A stretch of DNA of 64,000 nt from Paraspadella gotoi. Lineage: Eukaryota; Animalia; Chaetognatha. A model generated the notes under the pieces. It was not told the DNA's origin, made no database searches, and saw only the letters and a list, made by a program, of their open reading frames with translations. The stretch covers positions 13,176,790-13,240,789 of the forward strand of contig CM119269.1 in NCBI GenBank assembly GCA_051294375.1. Direction: 5' to 3'. This document shows positions 63,444 through 64,000 of this stretch, piece by piece. Both the position numbers and the translations under genes were made by a program. The first letter of the stretch is position 1, and every line of letters starts with the position of its first letter.

Positions 63444-64000
63444 ACTTTTTTTTTAATTTACATTTTTGAATAGTTTTCAAAACAAAGATGACAGTAATAT
63501 TTTTTTTTGCATGACTTGGTTGTTTTTTTTTATTCTAGTGTACACCTTATAACGAGGTACCTACATTTGTGGACAATCTTTTAGTGAATTCTTCACTAGA
63601 TATTGTTATCGCTATTAATTGTTTGCGTTGATAGTTGTCTACGAAATATTATCAGCTTGGATCTATTTTATGTATTTAGTTGTCGAATAATATCATTATA
63701 CTATAATAATTTTCAATTCGATTATTAATATAGGCACAGTACAAACAATTAGTAACTAAAGTAGCAAAAAAAAATATTGCAGTTTGTGAGTTTACTGCTG
63801 GTGAAATTTTCCTGTCTTGTCTTTTTCAGAAATAATTAACAATTTATTTAATTAATATTTAATACTCGGAAATTAGTAGTAGGTAGCAAAAAAAAAAATT
63901 GTTTGAGCGTTGTGTGAATTTAAATTAATCAACAAAACGAACAAGGCGGAGTTTGTGTTTAAAAAGTTACAGGGTTCAACAGCATTAGTTCGCTAGAAAA

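Overview
Eukaryotic, almost certainly invertebrate animal, genomic DNA: AT-rich spliceosomal introns, GC-richer exons, abundant (CT)n/(GA)n and (GTC)n microsatellites, and two N-gaps. Hand-spliced genes in order: a secreted fibrinogen-related-domain protein (-), sorbitol dehydrogenase (+, 9 exons), a Jupiter/JPT-family microtubule-associated protein (+), RhoA (+), an intronless 10-finger C2H2 protein (-), a ZNF395/ZNF704-family C-clamp factor (+, with a probable GC-AG intron), DNAAF9/C20orf194 (-, with a tRNA-Gly(GCC) in an intron), an innexin (+) and a two-exon beta-catenin (+). The SORD introns are the most unusual part. Intron 1 holds a solo LTR with a 5-bp target-site duplication (TSD). 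Intron 3 holds two divergently transcribed nested genes: an intronless membrane-anchored tandem-PTP pseudophosphatase and an unannotated 105-aa three-exon gene. Intron 6 holds a TSD-flanked inverted repeat whose arms each carry a minimal Penelope-type hammerhead ribozyme, intact on the antisense arm and mutated on the sense arm. A third hammerhead sits inside a ~1.3-kb foldback element just upstream of beta-catenin. The stretch from ~12.2 to 27.3 kb has no convincing coding sequence. All calls come from manual reading and recalled family motifs; no database searches were run.
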